The notes under the pieces were generated by a model that made no database searches, had not been told where the DNA came from, and was given only the letters and a program-made list of their open reading frames with translations. The position numbers were made by a program, and so were the translations under genes. 64,000 nucleotides of DNA, taken from Eledone cirrhosa. Its lineage: Eukaryota. Below, one piece after another: positions 29,401 to 42,948 of the stretch. The stretch is from positions 257,548,001-257,612,000 of the forward strand of contig OZ024740.1 in NCBI GenBank assembly GCA_964016885.1, given 5' to 3'. Positions within the stretch are counted from its first letter, which is position 1; every line of letters starts with the position of its first letter.

Positions 29401-30960
29401 GACAACTTAAAAAGTCCCTATCCTTATTTATAACTAAGAACCTATCTAGGTACGATCTAGATTGACCGCTGTGGTTTCTCCAAGTCCAGGTTGGCCCAGT
29501 CGGAAAATCTAGTCGATATCTATCGGCCAGGTCGAATCGGCCGATTAACCCCTTGAGGCTGTTACAACCTCCTCTATCAGGACATGCCCCTACATAGTCC
29601 CAACGTGCATCTAGGATACCATTCCAGTCCCCCACTAAAATCAAGGAGAAGTCCGCCCTCGTTGACCCAAAAGGGCCGTAGACGGCGACCAGCCTAAAAG
29701 CTCCGCCTTCACCACTGCCAAAGTCCAGAACCACTAGTCGACCCTCCGGGTCCAAGTGTACCGTCTGTGTAGCGAGACCCATATGTTTTTGCAGCAGAAC
29801 GACAACCCCACCGTCACCTCCAGACTGAGAGAGAGATGCGTCCATCTCAAAGTCATCAAAGGTGGGGGCCAGCTGTCGCACGCTGCTGATCCGGGCCTCG
29901 CAAATAACCATCACATTTATACATCGTGACCTGAGGTCATTTAGAAGCATTGCTTGCTTCCAAGGTGAGCCCAGGCCACGTGTATTTAGACAACCTACTC
30001 TCAACACAGCCATGTTGGTGGTAAAGAGAAAAGGCACTTACCTCTTTGCGTCCCGGGGACCGGGCCGCACAATTTCCATGTGGGTAGGGGATGGGTTGTT
30101 GGGTGGGATGGTGGTTTGTGGAAGTGTAGGGGCATCAATGTGTGGTGGGGTTGGGGTGTTTGGAGTTGTGTGGGTGTCTGGGGGAGTTAGGAGGACACGG
30201 TTAATGGGTCTGACGCAGCGGGGCCCACGTCCTCTTTAAAAGTGTCTTTTAACGTTTTGTAAATGTCCATTGGGGCTTTTATCATTTTTAGATGATGTGC
30301 GAAATTCGAACCTACGGTTTTTATTAAGTTGTTATTATAAATAACGTTTAACAGTTTTTTGTTTATTGTGTTTATGTAAGTGTATGCATATATTTATTTT
30401 TGTGTGATGTTTTATGTTTGCTGTTGTTGTGTGTTTTTTTGTGTTGATGTCTGTGTTATGTATTGGGGAGGGGTTGTTTGTATTTGTGTTCCTGTGGTGT
30501 GTTTTCTTTTTTTTCTTTTAACTTTATGTAAGTGCCCCCCCCCCCCCTTCGTCTGACGACGAAAGGGGGTCGGTTGTCTTCCGTATTCGAGGGGAGGGGT
30601 ACATTTTCGGCTCGTGTTTGTGGTGTGGGTGTCATTGTATTTGTTTTCTGGATGAGATTGTTTTCAGTTGTGTTTTAACTTGTGGTGTTAGTTGTTTTTG
30701 TGGTGGTGGTGGAGGTTGTGTTGGTAGTGTTGTAGTTGTTGGTGTGGGCAAAATCGGTGTTTTTTTGTTTGCTTGGCAACAGGCAGCCCTAAGGTGACCT
30801 CTTCCACCACAGAGGAAACAAGCGGGTCGTCTACCCTCCACTGTGATGTGTAAGTAGGCAAGCCCATCCAGCAATATGCGGTCGGGGATCCTAGCAATTC
30901 GCTCTGGCTGCATTTGCCCCAGAACTTGCAGGCTAGTTCCACCGAACACGTTGCTGGAAG
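26444..30960 (-). mobile_element. Tx1-clade LINE T3 (divergent subfamily), decayed ORF2 (ATG 30013 to ~26636) and partial ORF1
   Basis: MAVLRVGCLNTRGL, GDWN, SYLDRF, YSDHK, FRPITLLN, YADD; ORF1 CFLCGGRGHLRAAC. Confidence 0.9.
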
Positions 30961-31559
30961 ACCTACCTCGGTAGCACTGCCAGGCCAGGGACTTTTGGAA
31001 GTTGTCCATCGGTCCCGGGCATAGATAGATAGATAGATAGATAGATAGATGGATAGAGTATTAGATAGATAAATAGCAAGATGGGTGGATAGCGATTTAA
31101 AAAAAGAAAGAGAGGGAGGGTTTAGCCGAGTGACAATTGTCTTGTCACTCATCAGTTATAACAGTTGTTACTGTAAAAATCAACATTCCGTTGATATTGT
31201 TGCTCTTGTTGTTGGTGATTTTGTTGTTCTCGTTTTGTTGTTGCTTTTTCTGAGGAAATAAGTGGACAGGAATTCTTCTGAATGGTTGAATGAAAGATAC
31301 TGAGTGGAATGAAACATTGATGTGCCAGATCGCTGCTGAAGATAGTATGTAGTTGTTTTTTAACCTGAGGAGTAAAATAACTAAACCGACAAGTATGAAC
31401 AAAAATGCGGATTCAAAATTGTATATATATATAAAATTGTTTTCGTTCTTAACATGATGGATACCTAAATGTATTGATCTGCCAAATCAACCTCTTCAAA
31501 TGCAAGTCGATGTTGTTACGGTATGTCGAATCTATTTATCTATAAAACTGTTTATATTG

Positions 31560-31625
31560 TATTTTGTCTGAGGAAGGCATAGCATATTGTTAATATGATA
31601 TCCCTGAAATATATATAATGAAATA
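31560..31625 (+). ncRNA. Type I hammerhead ribozyme
   Basis: tattttgt CTGAGGA AGG...CCT GAAA TATATA TA atgaaata; homolog at 42883-42948. Confidence 0.78.
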
Positions 31626-31671
31626 GATATGGTTTTATAAATATAGTTTCCATTTATTTAATATTGTAAAA

Positions 31672-31723
<52 letters not shown>

Positions 31724-31849
31724 AAGGGGGAGTCTTGTACTCTCAGTCGCTTCATGCCATGAAACCGGGATAGGCTTAAGACAGACTTTAGACTTTTTCT
31801 TTAGTTCGATATATATTTGTGTGTATGTGTGTGTAAATATATATAAATA

Positions 31850-32150
31850 TTCTTCTTCATCTTCGTCACCCATATATTCCTTGGAGGAAATTGGGGAAAG
31901 AGTCTTTAGGCACACGTTCAAGAGGCTCCTATTAGATGCAATTGTGTCTAATCAATTCGGCTACTTCTCTAAGCGAGAGCAATCGAGCTCGTGGTCTATA
32001 TCTCGACATCCTGCCGGTTGGTTTTGTCTGTAAAATCTTTCCAGCAATTTTTTCCCTAGACATTCTAAACGCATGTCCGTACTATCCTTGAGTGGACGAG
32101 TGTCTCGGTCTTCGTAGCACTGATTTACATTCCTGTTCTGCCGCACCAGG
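31850..32150 (-). mobile_element. Probable RTE-like LINE 3' fragment
   Basis: Weak: translation ...WLDTIASNRS... followed by a (GAA)-like tail. Confidence 0.35.
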
Positions 32151-32927
32151 TAGCAAACCTATCCCATACATGTTGGATATAACCTCCCTACGAATAAAGT
32201 TGTAACATGACTACTTTTCCCTGCAGCAATTAACAGCTAAAGTAAAAACTGTCCTTTCAATTTCCTCAGTTTGTTCAGTTTGTTCTGAGTTTAGATGCAA
32301 TAGTAATGTTGAGTAGACTTTAAGATACGGACACTGCAGAAAACAGTTGTATACATACTGACATTCACACAATATATCTACAAATATCTACAAGTGTTGC
32401 ATTAGGAGTGCAGTATGAGCAAAAAATAATTGGTTGAACAGCGCAGACAGAGTGAATATGTTTTCTCGGTATTTCTACAGCTGTATAGAAACAATTATAA
32501 ACCTTGCAAGAACGGATTAGTCGGAACTCGGCAATACGGCACTGTCTAATAATTTTATAGATAAACTAATCGTATAAATATGGTAGCTATCATTATGACT
32601 TTAATTTCAGTAGAGGGTGAGTTTTTGTCATCGTTCCGCGTCGATGAATCTATACGTCCACGAGCCTTGAACTTCTGAAAGAATCGTAGGGAGACAGGAA
32701 CAGCAACAGCTCAAAGATAATACATGTTGGTATTTAAAATATTTCTTTAAACCTTATAAATATCGATTCTGCCATTAAACAAGATAAGATAGCGTTATCC
32801 ATTTCAACATGCATCACATAGATAGGGAGTGGTTCACATATATCTAATTAAACAGAAAATATGTTTATCACAGGACACATGTTTTATGAAGTAATTATAC
32901 GTTATGAAATGTTCTATATTGCATCGA

Positions 32928-33070
32928 AAGCGGCAAATTGACAGAGTCGTTAGAACGTCGCTTTGTAGTATCGATTCCTCTCTCTGAGTTCAAATCCAGC
33001 CAAAGTCAACTTTGCCTTTTGTCCATTCGAGGACGATAAAAATATACTAGTCTAGTACTAGGGGTCGATT
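32928..33070 (+). mobile_element. Old Meta-like SINE copy
   Basis: ctgagttcaaatcc...gtcaactttgccttttgtccattcgaggacgataaaa...tactaggggtcgat. Confidence 0.65.
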
Positions 33071-33751
33071 CTTTCTCTATATCTCCTTCCCACTTCCATT
33101 CTCTCACTCCCCTTCTGCATTATTCAGCCCTGGAGAAGATTGGGCTCTGCCAGGTTTAGAAATGCTATCGCTCAAGGGTTACGGGACCATGCATGCGGGC
33201 ATATTCCACGAAACGTGTATAATCGATTTAATTAACCTAAATATTTTATTGATATTTATTTTCATGATCTCTGAAAAGAGAAATGACAATGTCAGCTCCG
33301 ATAATATTTGGATTCAGGTTTTGTAAATAGCGGTGAATTAGTGGAGCATACTGTCCCTTGAGGTCATTTTTGCTCCTTATGATTTATGGGTCGATAAATA
33401 AAGTACGTGTCGAAGGGTTGGATCGGCAGAATTTAAAAAGAATCTGACGGAATTTTGTGTGGTATATGATCTGGCACTGTATATCTTGAGTTTAAACCAA
33501 CTTCCTTCTCACTGGAGTTGTAGCCGGAATGGGAAGACAAATGGAAACTGTTTATCATTTGTCAAACTTTTACTGAATCCATTCTGTTGGAAAGTATCTT
33601 TCTTCTGCCCTGCCACCAGTCTCTGAGTCACTGAAAAGTACCATGGTCACTTACCCCATGCATGAGTACATACAGAAAAACGAAAAAATAAATAGCGATC
33701 GTGGTAAACAAAACAATAACAAAAGCAAGTATTATTACAGAAATATATTAT

Positions 33752-33975
33752 GGGTGGTTGTTTAGCAGAATCATGAAAGCGTTGAACAATATGCTTTGCG
33801 GCATTTAATCACAGTTTTTTTACGTTCTGAATTCAAACACCATCTAAGTGAAATTTGTCTTTTTTCGATCATCGATGAAATAAAATGAGAGTCATGTACT
33901 ATGTATGATCCATTTAATAGATATTTTCCTCTCCCTCATTTTTTGGTCTTGTGCCTGAATTAGAAACAATTATTA
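33752..33975 (+). mobile_element. Old Meta-like SINE copy
   Basis: Degenerate tRNA head, ttctgaattcaaac, and 3' ggtcttgtgcctgaattagaaacaattatta. Confidence 0.6.
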
Positions 33976-34314
33976 CAGATATATATTTATACATACAGGA
34001 TTTCTCATTCCGATTGTGAGGTAAAATATATTTGGAGGTTACAGAAAAATGACCTTGCCATTAGCACTGACAAATATTGAGCCACAATTTGCGTTATTGC
34101 GTGAAAATAAGCAATCGCATCAAACGCATAGAAAAATACTTATCGCTTATTTTTGTATTTAATATAAAAAATATATATACTTATTTCTATGCTTATTTCC
34201 TGCCCATCGAAGGGCCATTGTTATGCAATATAAGTACCAACTGCCTATACAACAGAAGGGGTTGCGATTGGAAAATGCTTGAGAACCACTGCAATTTTTA
34301 GGTGAAAGGAAAAT

Positions 34315-34480
34315 GAGTCGTAAAATGCCTTTCTACGTTCTGAATTCAAATCTTATCGAGCTCAAATGATATCTTGATCCTTCCGGGTTGACTGGAAAAA
34401 AGTATCGGTTAAGCACTGCAGTCCATTGAATCGTGTTTCACCCGCCCAAAGTTCTTGCATGTATGTTAGAAATCATTATT
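34315..34480 (+). mobile_element. Old Meta-like SINE copy
   Basis: ctacgttctgaattcaaatc...atccttccgggttga...ttagaaatcattatt. Confidence 0.5.
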
Positions 34481-35315
34481 GCTTAAACAAATGTATTAAT
34501 CGATGCAAAATGCGACCTGCAACATGGCGTTCATGCGTTTTCCAAAGTTATATCATTATCGGATAAGAGAGGTTAAAGACGTGTGTTGTCCGAGATTCCT
34601 TTACATTTAAAATTTAATTCGTAAGAATTAAGAAGCTAAAGTTTGTTAATGGTGTGTATCTAAAGAATATGAACTACATACGAATCAGCAGACTGCATGT
34701 TTCAGAGCAAAGGGTTTTAATGGTGAAGGAGTTAAATATTTAAATAGAATTCACAACTTAGAGAAAAGCTGCGATAAGAAAAGAAAAGAGAAGCTGGAAA
34801 CATTATTAACTAATATGTATGTTGAAAGCAATGGCTGCTGATAAGAAAATCCTGGCTATTTCCTTGAATTCATGTATATATTTCAAATGGCAACTCTAGA
34901 GACAGCAGATAAAATCTGTTTGGGCGGAAGGTGCTTCTTCTTCCTTCTTCCTTCCTTCGTCAGAGGGGTGGGGAGCGATTCATTGAAGAAGTAAGAAGAT
35001 AGGGGATGAGGAGGAGGTAGAATTTGGAGGGGTGAGGGCGGGTGGTTAGAGAATAGCAGAAAAGAAGTTGAACAACAACACCAATAACACCAACAATAAG
35101 AGGCTTCATGTTAGACGAGAATGACATGTTATATAATCATTGGCGTGAAAAATATACGGAATATCTATCTATTTATTATATGTTCGTTTTATCATGTGCA
35201 CATATGTATAAACGTATTTATATATTTGTGTGGGTGTGTGTATGATAATACGAACATGTAAATACACACACATATTCACATGAATACAAACACACGAATG
35301 TGTGTGTGTGTGTAT

Positions 35316-35396
<81 letters not shown>

Positions 35397-35484
35397 TGTG
35401 TTTATATTGTGTTTACAGACATATTGTATGTACGTGTGGGTTGGAATATCTAAATGCTAATACACGCACCCACACACACGCGTG

Positions 35485-35592
<108 letters not shown>

Positions 35593-35749
35593 TGTAACCC
35601 GATATCGAGTAATGCCATTCATTGCTTTATACTTAAGCATGAGCATCAGGGGCGTGGCTTTTTAGTCCTGCTAGGGATTTGCCTATGGGCAGCCATAGGA
35701 GGAAGCTACGAAAACATTATTTTTGTACGTTACCTTACCTCTTATCTTT

Positions 35750-37468
35750 AGTTTGGATTACCTCGGAAACGTAACCTAATTACATAATGATGCTGCTTTA
35801 TGAGATCATGTGACTGGTATCATGATTGACCAAATATGTGGCCACGAATATTGGAATATTTATCACACTTTTATTAATATAAGGACCCTTTAACATCTAC
35901 AACGAACTTTTCATTTTTCTTATTCTAAATGTATTCCGTCAATCTTATTTGGGAGAAGTAACATGACATTGAGTGCTTCAATTTATTTGCATCATTGATT
36001 CTGATTGGTGCGCAACACATTTAGCCAGCTAGGTTACTGTAAGAATTTATGCTTTGTGGTTTAACCGATATATATGATGAATTGGAGGCCTCAGCTATTA
36101 ACTATACTCGGATATTTGCTCTACCGTGGGGACCAATTACACCTATTTAATATCCCTACAAGGTGATGGGACTATCATTAAGAACAGACTAAGAGGGCCA
36201 AAATAGCGTAAAACCACTTATTTTCCTAACAAAACCCTCTATTTCACAAGGAAGCCTGGAATCGGAATCTTTTAATGAATGACCCTCTCAACTCATCCGA
36301 TGATAGACGGCCAGAGTAATTTACATGGACAAAATTAACTACTGTGAATATAACTGAAGTCGCTATAATTCGTCACCTCTAACCATATCTATATTTCGAC
36401 ACCTTTCACATATCTTTTCTTTCATTTTACATCTCTATCTATTCTTATTTTTATTTATTTATTTGATCGGCTGGGATATAAACTAATTGATTGTTTAATT
36501 ATTACGTTTTATATTTGCTACTTTTCGTTGAGGTGTTCAGGGTTTTCCCGTCTGGCTTCATAGTAGGCTGATTAATAGGTTTCTCTGCCTATCTTTTGTA
36601 CACTATATAGATAGTATACATCAGATAATATGATACATTTAATCGTTAATCACTAGTTCTCAATATTTAATATCTAATATTGAACCCCAATTTCTAATTT
36701 CTAAATTATACATCTTGCCATTTATCTTTATTATCTTCAATTGATGATTATGAAGTCTTAATTTTTTATTTTATTTTAATTTTTTATTTTAATACTAATT
36801 TTAATTTCCAATGTGAAACCCTAATGTCTAGACACTAGTATCAACGGTCAATACATTGTCCCAACATAAAGATAGGTGGTAGTGAGACATGCACCCTAAC
36901 ACACGATTCTGGTTTACAGCTGCCGGTATCTGCTGGACGCTAGACTAGCTGTAAACTATAACTTTTTGACTGAATTGAACTCTCTGACCATGTCGTTTCA
37001 CCAGTTGTGGTGGGAGTAGATGGGTATGAGGGAGAGGCTTACCTATGCTAGCATTGAATTAGGTGGTAGTTAGATGGTTAGCTTTGTCCAAATTTGCGCC
37101 TGCGCAAAGATGTAGAGGCGAACAGAATCTCACAAGCGAACGGGCGGAAGCGACGGAAATATTAATTTTGTCCTTTCACTTGCCTCTTTGGATTGCCATG
37201 GAAACGTAACCTTATGACATAATAATGCTGTCTGATGCCATCACGTGACTGGTTTCGATCATTGAACAACCACATGGCCACGATCGTCATTGAAATATGT
37301 ATCACAGCTTCATTAATATAGGACCCTTTAACATCTACAAAAAACTTCTTATTTTCTAAATATTCTCCACCATTTTTATTTGGATGAAATAACATGAAGT
37401 TGAGAGCTTGAATTGACTGATTGGTAAGTTGCATACGCAACACCGTTTAGTGAGCTTGTTTACCGTAA

Positions 37469-37470
<2 letters not shown>
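35750..37470 (+). repeat. Diverged ~290-bp direct repeat pair (35750-36045, 37185-37470), each with a degenerate hammerhead
   Basis: Shared ggaaacgtaacct, gtgactgg, ggaccctttaacatctacaa. The second copy reads gctgt CTGATGC...GAAA TATGTA TC acagc (37227-37308). Confidence 0.65.
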
Positions 37471-37525
<55 letters not shown>

Positions 37526-37566
37526 CTGTGGTAAGGAATTTTTTCTTATATCAAAGTTTAATGGGC

Positions 37567-37691
37567 TTCCACTGACGATTTATAAGTGCCCACCTAAATA
37601 TTTTCTTGCATGAAAATATGTTAAGCTTCTACATAAACTGGAAAAATTCTCCAAACTTGTAGAAAACTTATAATGAAACAATTGTTTGGAA
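37567..37691 (+). ncRNA. Type I hammerhead ribozyme (tandem copy 1)
   Basis: ttcca CTGACGA T ttataagt...acttataa T GAAA CAATTG TT tggaa. Confidence 0.8.
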
Positions 37692-37968
37692 AGAGAGATG
37701 TATTTTAACTTTAATTATATCTCATATAAAATAATACAACTGGCTTTCCACAAAATAGCACCCCAAACACTTAAATTGGGTTTATACTAATGTATAACCT
37801 AATGTTTGTTGAGTCAGATGGTTACCAGTCGGAGTTTAGCTTAAAGCTATCTCTGTTATTGTATTAAATATATATATATATATATATTTGGCGGTCACTC
37901 TAACACTTACGGGTACCATCGCTGAATGTTAATATCGGTAGGTTTTTTTTTATATAGTTAGTTAGGCA

Positions 37969-38090
37969 TCCACTGATGATTTATAAGTGCCCACCTACAT
38001 ATATTCCTATATACTATGTGTAGGCTTCTACATAACCTGGACATTATTTTCCCAACTTATAGAAAACATATAATGAAACGATCGTTTGGA
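37969..38090 (+). ncRNA. Type I hammerhead ribozyme (tandem copy 2)
   Basis: tcca CTGATGA T ttata...tataa T GAAA CGATCG TT tgga. Confidence 0.8.
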
Positions 38091-38329
38091 AGGAGGGATG
38101 TATTTAATTATGTCTCATATAAAATAATACAACTGGCTATCCGCAAAATACGTATAGTTAGCACCCCAAACGTATAATTGTGGTTATACTAAGGTATATC
38201 CTAATGTTTTTTGAGTGAGACGGATGCCGGTCGGAGTATTGCTTAAAGCTTTCTCTGTTAATGTATTAAATATATATATATGCTATGTATTGAGTACCTT
38301 ACTGTAGTTACCTCCGATTCAACCCGGAA

Positions 38330-38374
<45 letters not shown>

Positions 38375-38441
38375 GACGTAAAATAAGAAAATATTTAAAA
38401 AAAAAAAAATTTTTTTTAATTTTTTACTTACTTAAATTTTC

Positions 38442-38523
38442 ACTCCAACTAATTAGTTTCTGCAATGGGATAAAGACAGTTACGTAATCCAACTGTCGAG
38501 AATTCATTGCGTCATCAGGGAGT
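38442..38523 (-). ncRNA. Type I hammerhead ribozyme
   Basis: Minus strand: actcc CTGATGA C gcaatg...cattgc A GAAA CTAATTAG TT ggagt. Confidence 0.82.
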
Positions 38524-38803
38524 CTATTCTCAGTTAAGTCTCCAGGCAATGCGCGGACACTGGGGACTCATATAAAAATAATAATAATTCGGTAGATGGA
38601 ACAGCTAGCGGGGACTGGATTCCATGCACTGAAAAGCTCGCTGTCACTGGTCAAATGGCAGATTCTAAAGAATCAATCACGTGACACTGAGGCTAGTCGG
38701 TAGGAGTGGGATCGTAAGATGACAGAAGCCTACTATCACACCAATAAATTAGTAGTGGTTTTGGCAGGTTTGCTCGACAAATGAGTAATTTGGAGATAAA
38801 TAT

Positions 38804-39007
38804 AGAGAATTTAGTATATCTACTAACATATGCGTACATATGTACGCTAATGCTAGCAAATACACAGGTTATGTCATAGTACCTAAGTGGTTCAATGCAG
38901 GAGGATGCGAAACAATAATATAAAAGACGTAAAATAAGAAAATTTTAAAAACCTGTGTATTTGCTAGCATTAGCGTACATCTGTACGCATATGTTAGTAG
39001 ATATACT

Positions 39008-39016
<9 letters not shown>
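38804..39016. repeat. Inverted repeat (arms ~38804-38870 and ~38950-39016)
   Basis: tttagtatatctactaacatatgcgtaca...tacacaggtt versus aacctgtgta...tgtacgcatatgttagtagatatactaaa. Confidence 0.85.
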
Positions 39017-39101
<85 letters not shown>

Positions 39102-39125
39102 TTCAATCATCTGACAGAAAGGTAT

Positions 39126-39168
39126 ACGATGCTGACGATAGCTAATACGCTTGAAACTAGTACATCGT
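39126..39168 (+). ncRNA. Minimal type I hammerhead ribozyme
   Basis: acgatg CTGACGA T AGC taatac GCT T GAAA CTAG TA catcgt; homolog at 60303-60345 (-). Confidence 0.85.
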
Positions 39169-39483
39169 TCCTGCGTCAGTGTTGAACAAAAGGGCGACGA
39201 TGGTTGCCGAGCACTGCACGGCGTAATTCGGGCTGTTTGTTTACAAACAAACCGAGCATTATAATAGATGTTCGGTAAACCGATACGTACATATATATGT
39301 ATGTGTGCATGTAATTATATATATATTTACATACTACTGTACGTCTGTACACATATATGTATGTACGTATACATACTTATATTTAAGTATCAGCCGTACT
39401 AAGTGTGAGAAATGAAATTTCGTTTCATTCTTTTCCATTTATATATAAATATATATATACATATAAACATATATATACATATT

Positions 39484-40103
<620 letters not shown>

Positions 40104-40160
40104 ATTCTACAGGACTAGAACTATTTCATTCTTTAGAAATCATCAAGAATCTGGCCTGAT

Positions 40161-40209
40161 GATTCCTGATGATTTCTAAAGAATGAAACAGTTCTAGTCT
40201 TGTAGAATC
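40161..40209 (+). ncRNA. Type I hammerhead ribozyme within a small fold-back (left arm 40103-40151)
   Basis: gattc CTGATGA T ttc taaa gaa T GAAA CAG ttctagtc TTG TA gaatc. Confidence 0.72.
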
Positions 40210-40431
40210 TCATCTATATTAAAACTGTTATACTCTGCTATGTATTGAGTACCCTACTTACTGTGGTTACCTCGGATTCAACACGGAATAACTTACCTAT
40301 ATATACACATCTCATACACACCACGCATCTCAACGTACACCCACTTACATCTCTCTCTCCACCAGCGGATCTTGTTACCCGGAGATTTACCCATTTGCAT
40401 TGTCGAGTCTTCCAAACGACTGAAAGATATT

Positions 40432-40500
<69 letters not shown>

Positions 40501-40525
40501 TTAAAGATACTTACATATATATATA

Positions 40526-40605
<80 letters not shown>

Positions 40606-40607
<2 letters not shown>

Positions 40608-41537
40608 ATTAAAATTGTTGTTATATTGGTTAGTTTGCCTATGTACATAATTATATTGGTTAGTTTGCCTATGTACATCATCATTTTATCACTATATCCT
40701 GCTCTAGCTAGTGCAGGATATAGTGATAAAATTATGTACATCGATAATAATAGGCAAACTAACCAATATAACAACAATTTTAATTACGGTAACAACTTTA
40801 ACAACTATAATAGAAGACATTACAATAATTCCAAAATCCAGAAAAGAAATAGAACTAGAAATATAATATGGTTTGCACCCCCTTTCTCACTAAATATTAA
40901 AACCCACATTGCTAAACTATTTTTTAATGCTCTTGACAAACGCTTCCCTAGAACACATAAATATCACTCAATTTTTAATAGACATACTATAAAATTAACT
41001 TACTCGTCCACCAAAAACTTAGCACAAAATATTAACAGAATAAATAATAGGAATCTAAAACCTAGCCAAAATACCGATAATAGCCTAAACAATATTCAAC
41101 TAAACAACTGTAACTGTAGAAATAAATCTAAATGTCCGTTAAATAACAATTGCTTAGTTAAAAATATAATATACAATTGTAATGTTAAAACTGACTTAAA
41201 TTCTTTAAACTATGTTGGTTCCACCTCGACAGAATTTAAACTTCGCTATAATAATCATAAGAATTCTTTCACAGATCCAGGCAAAAAATCTTCAACTTCA
41301 CTATCAAGCTTACTCTGGCAACTTAAACATGATAACGTTGGATATTCGTTGTTTTGGAATATAGTCTCAAGAGGGATTCCTTTTAATTCCTCATCTGAGA
41401 CATGTGACCTCTGCGTGGAGGAGATATTCTTTATATTAAAATCTAAAAATTCCCTTAATCTAAGGAGCAATTTATTCAGTTGCTGCAGACATAGATTGAA
41501 CTCAACGTTTAAATATAAATATAAATTTAAAATGTAG
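40606..41537 (+). mobile_element. 5'-truncated Naiad-type Penelope-like element with open GIY-YIG endonuclease region and 5' fold-back palindrome
   Basis: RNIIWFAPPFS, IFNRHTIKLTYS, CNCRNKSKCPLNNNC, NIIY...NYVGST, FKLRYNNHK.SF, CDLCVEE, LNLRS..CCRH; bases 40606-40786 form a hairpin centred on ctagctag. Confidence 0.88.
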
Positions 41538-42882
41538 TATATTTAGTTAAGATATTTATTTAATTAATTATGAAACATGACGATAAATCTTTCGATTCCT
41601 TCAACTTTTTCTTTTTTAAACCTTCTTCATAAATATATATTAATGATGTAATTAAACTACCCTTACATGTTGATGTTCCCAATCTATTGAATAAATTTTA
41701 CGCTAGATAAACTTCTATACTAAATATAAGAGCATCTGTAGAACAACAGGGTCTCCTAAATCTTTTAAAGGATTTCTGCTAAATAAGTGTTGTTGAATAA
41801 TTTTGGTTTTTTGTTTGCTTTTGATTCTGATTGCTTCTAATGAACTTGGCAATGTATTGTCAGATAAATTGGAAGGGTTGATTTCTGTGGTTGATATGGG
41901 GGGGCATACTGTGTTTTTTAAAGCCCTAGACACTCTAGGGAGTGATGAAAGTATTCTTAGCGTTTTGATATATTGATATCTGTTGTCTATTCTATACATG
42001 AACGATAATCATGTATGGTAGGGCAGGAATATTAATATTAATATATATTTTTTATATTTTTATGTATATATATATATATATATATAGTAAAATCTTTTAT
42101 AACGTAAGGGAAAATTTGTTCATGTGAAATGAGAAATTACAGAGCTGATCACGTATGCTCACGTGTATATCTATAGTGTCAACTAGAACTTGAGATGACC
42201 TTCTCTTTTTCTCTTTCTTTCTTTTTCCGGAAAGTACATATATACTTATGTATTTTGAAGTTTTATCTCAGCTTTTTGATATATCGACCTAAGAATTTTT
42301 AAACTAAACATATGGTCATTATTTTTCACACATTATATATCTATGTCTCATTCATGAATATTGATATCTACAGTATAATACCCAATTCATATAAATTGAT
42401 AATTCAAATTGATAGAACATAATGTAAAGTTGTAAATCTGTCATCTTTCTATCTAGATATAGCTTTCTTCTCCTCCCTCTATACATGATGTAATCTATGT
42501 ATCGCTGTTTTCTCTTTAGTTATTTTTTATTTTTCTCCGTCTCCTTAACACTATAACTAAATAAATAAATAAATAAATAATTACAGTACTCCCTCCCCCC
42601 TAAATCTCTCATTTTGCATGTTGAATTATTATTATTCATCTGTTACCTCAGCTGCCTCTCATTTTTCACCTCCTCACTATTTTTTTCTCTCTCCCATATC
42701 ACTCTCTATCTCTCTCTGTTTTTTCTTTACATACATTTACTCCTTCTCTCCGTCTTTCTTTTCTAACTGTACTTAACACTAAATATTTACAAACATCTCA
42801 CTACCAAACCAACTTTTTTAAATGGAAGTTGTTCAAAATTCTATGGTACGTCAAATTTATTTATAAAACTGCTTATATATTG

Positions 42883-42948
42883 TATTTTATCTGAAGAAGG
42901 CATGCCATATTTTTAATATGGTATCCCTGAAATATGTATAATGAAATA
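42883..42948 (+). ncRNA. Type I hammerhead ribozyme
   Basis: tattttat CTGAAGA AGG c atgccatatt ttt aatatggtat c CCT GAAA TATGTA TA atgaaata. Confidence 0.8.

Noticed and set aside
41600-42030. Minus-strand 94-aa ORF, possibly another decayed Penelope fragment
   Set aside because: Only vague motif resemblance; not supportable without a profile search.
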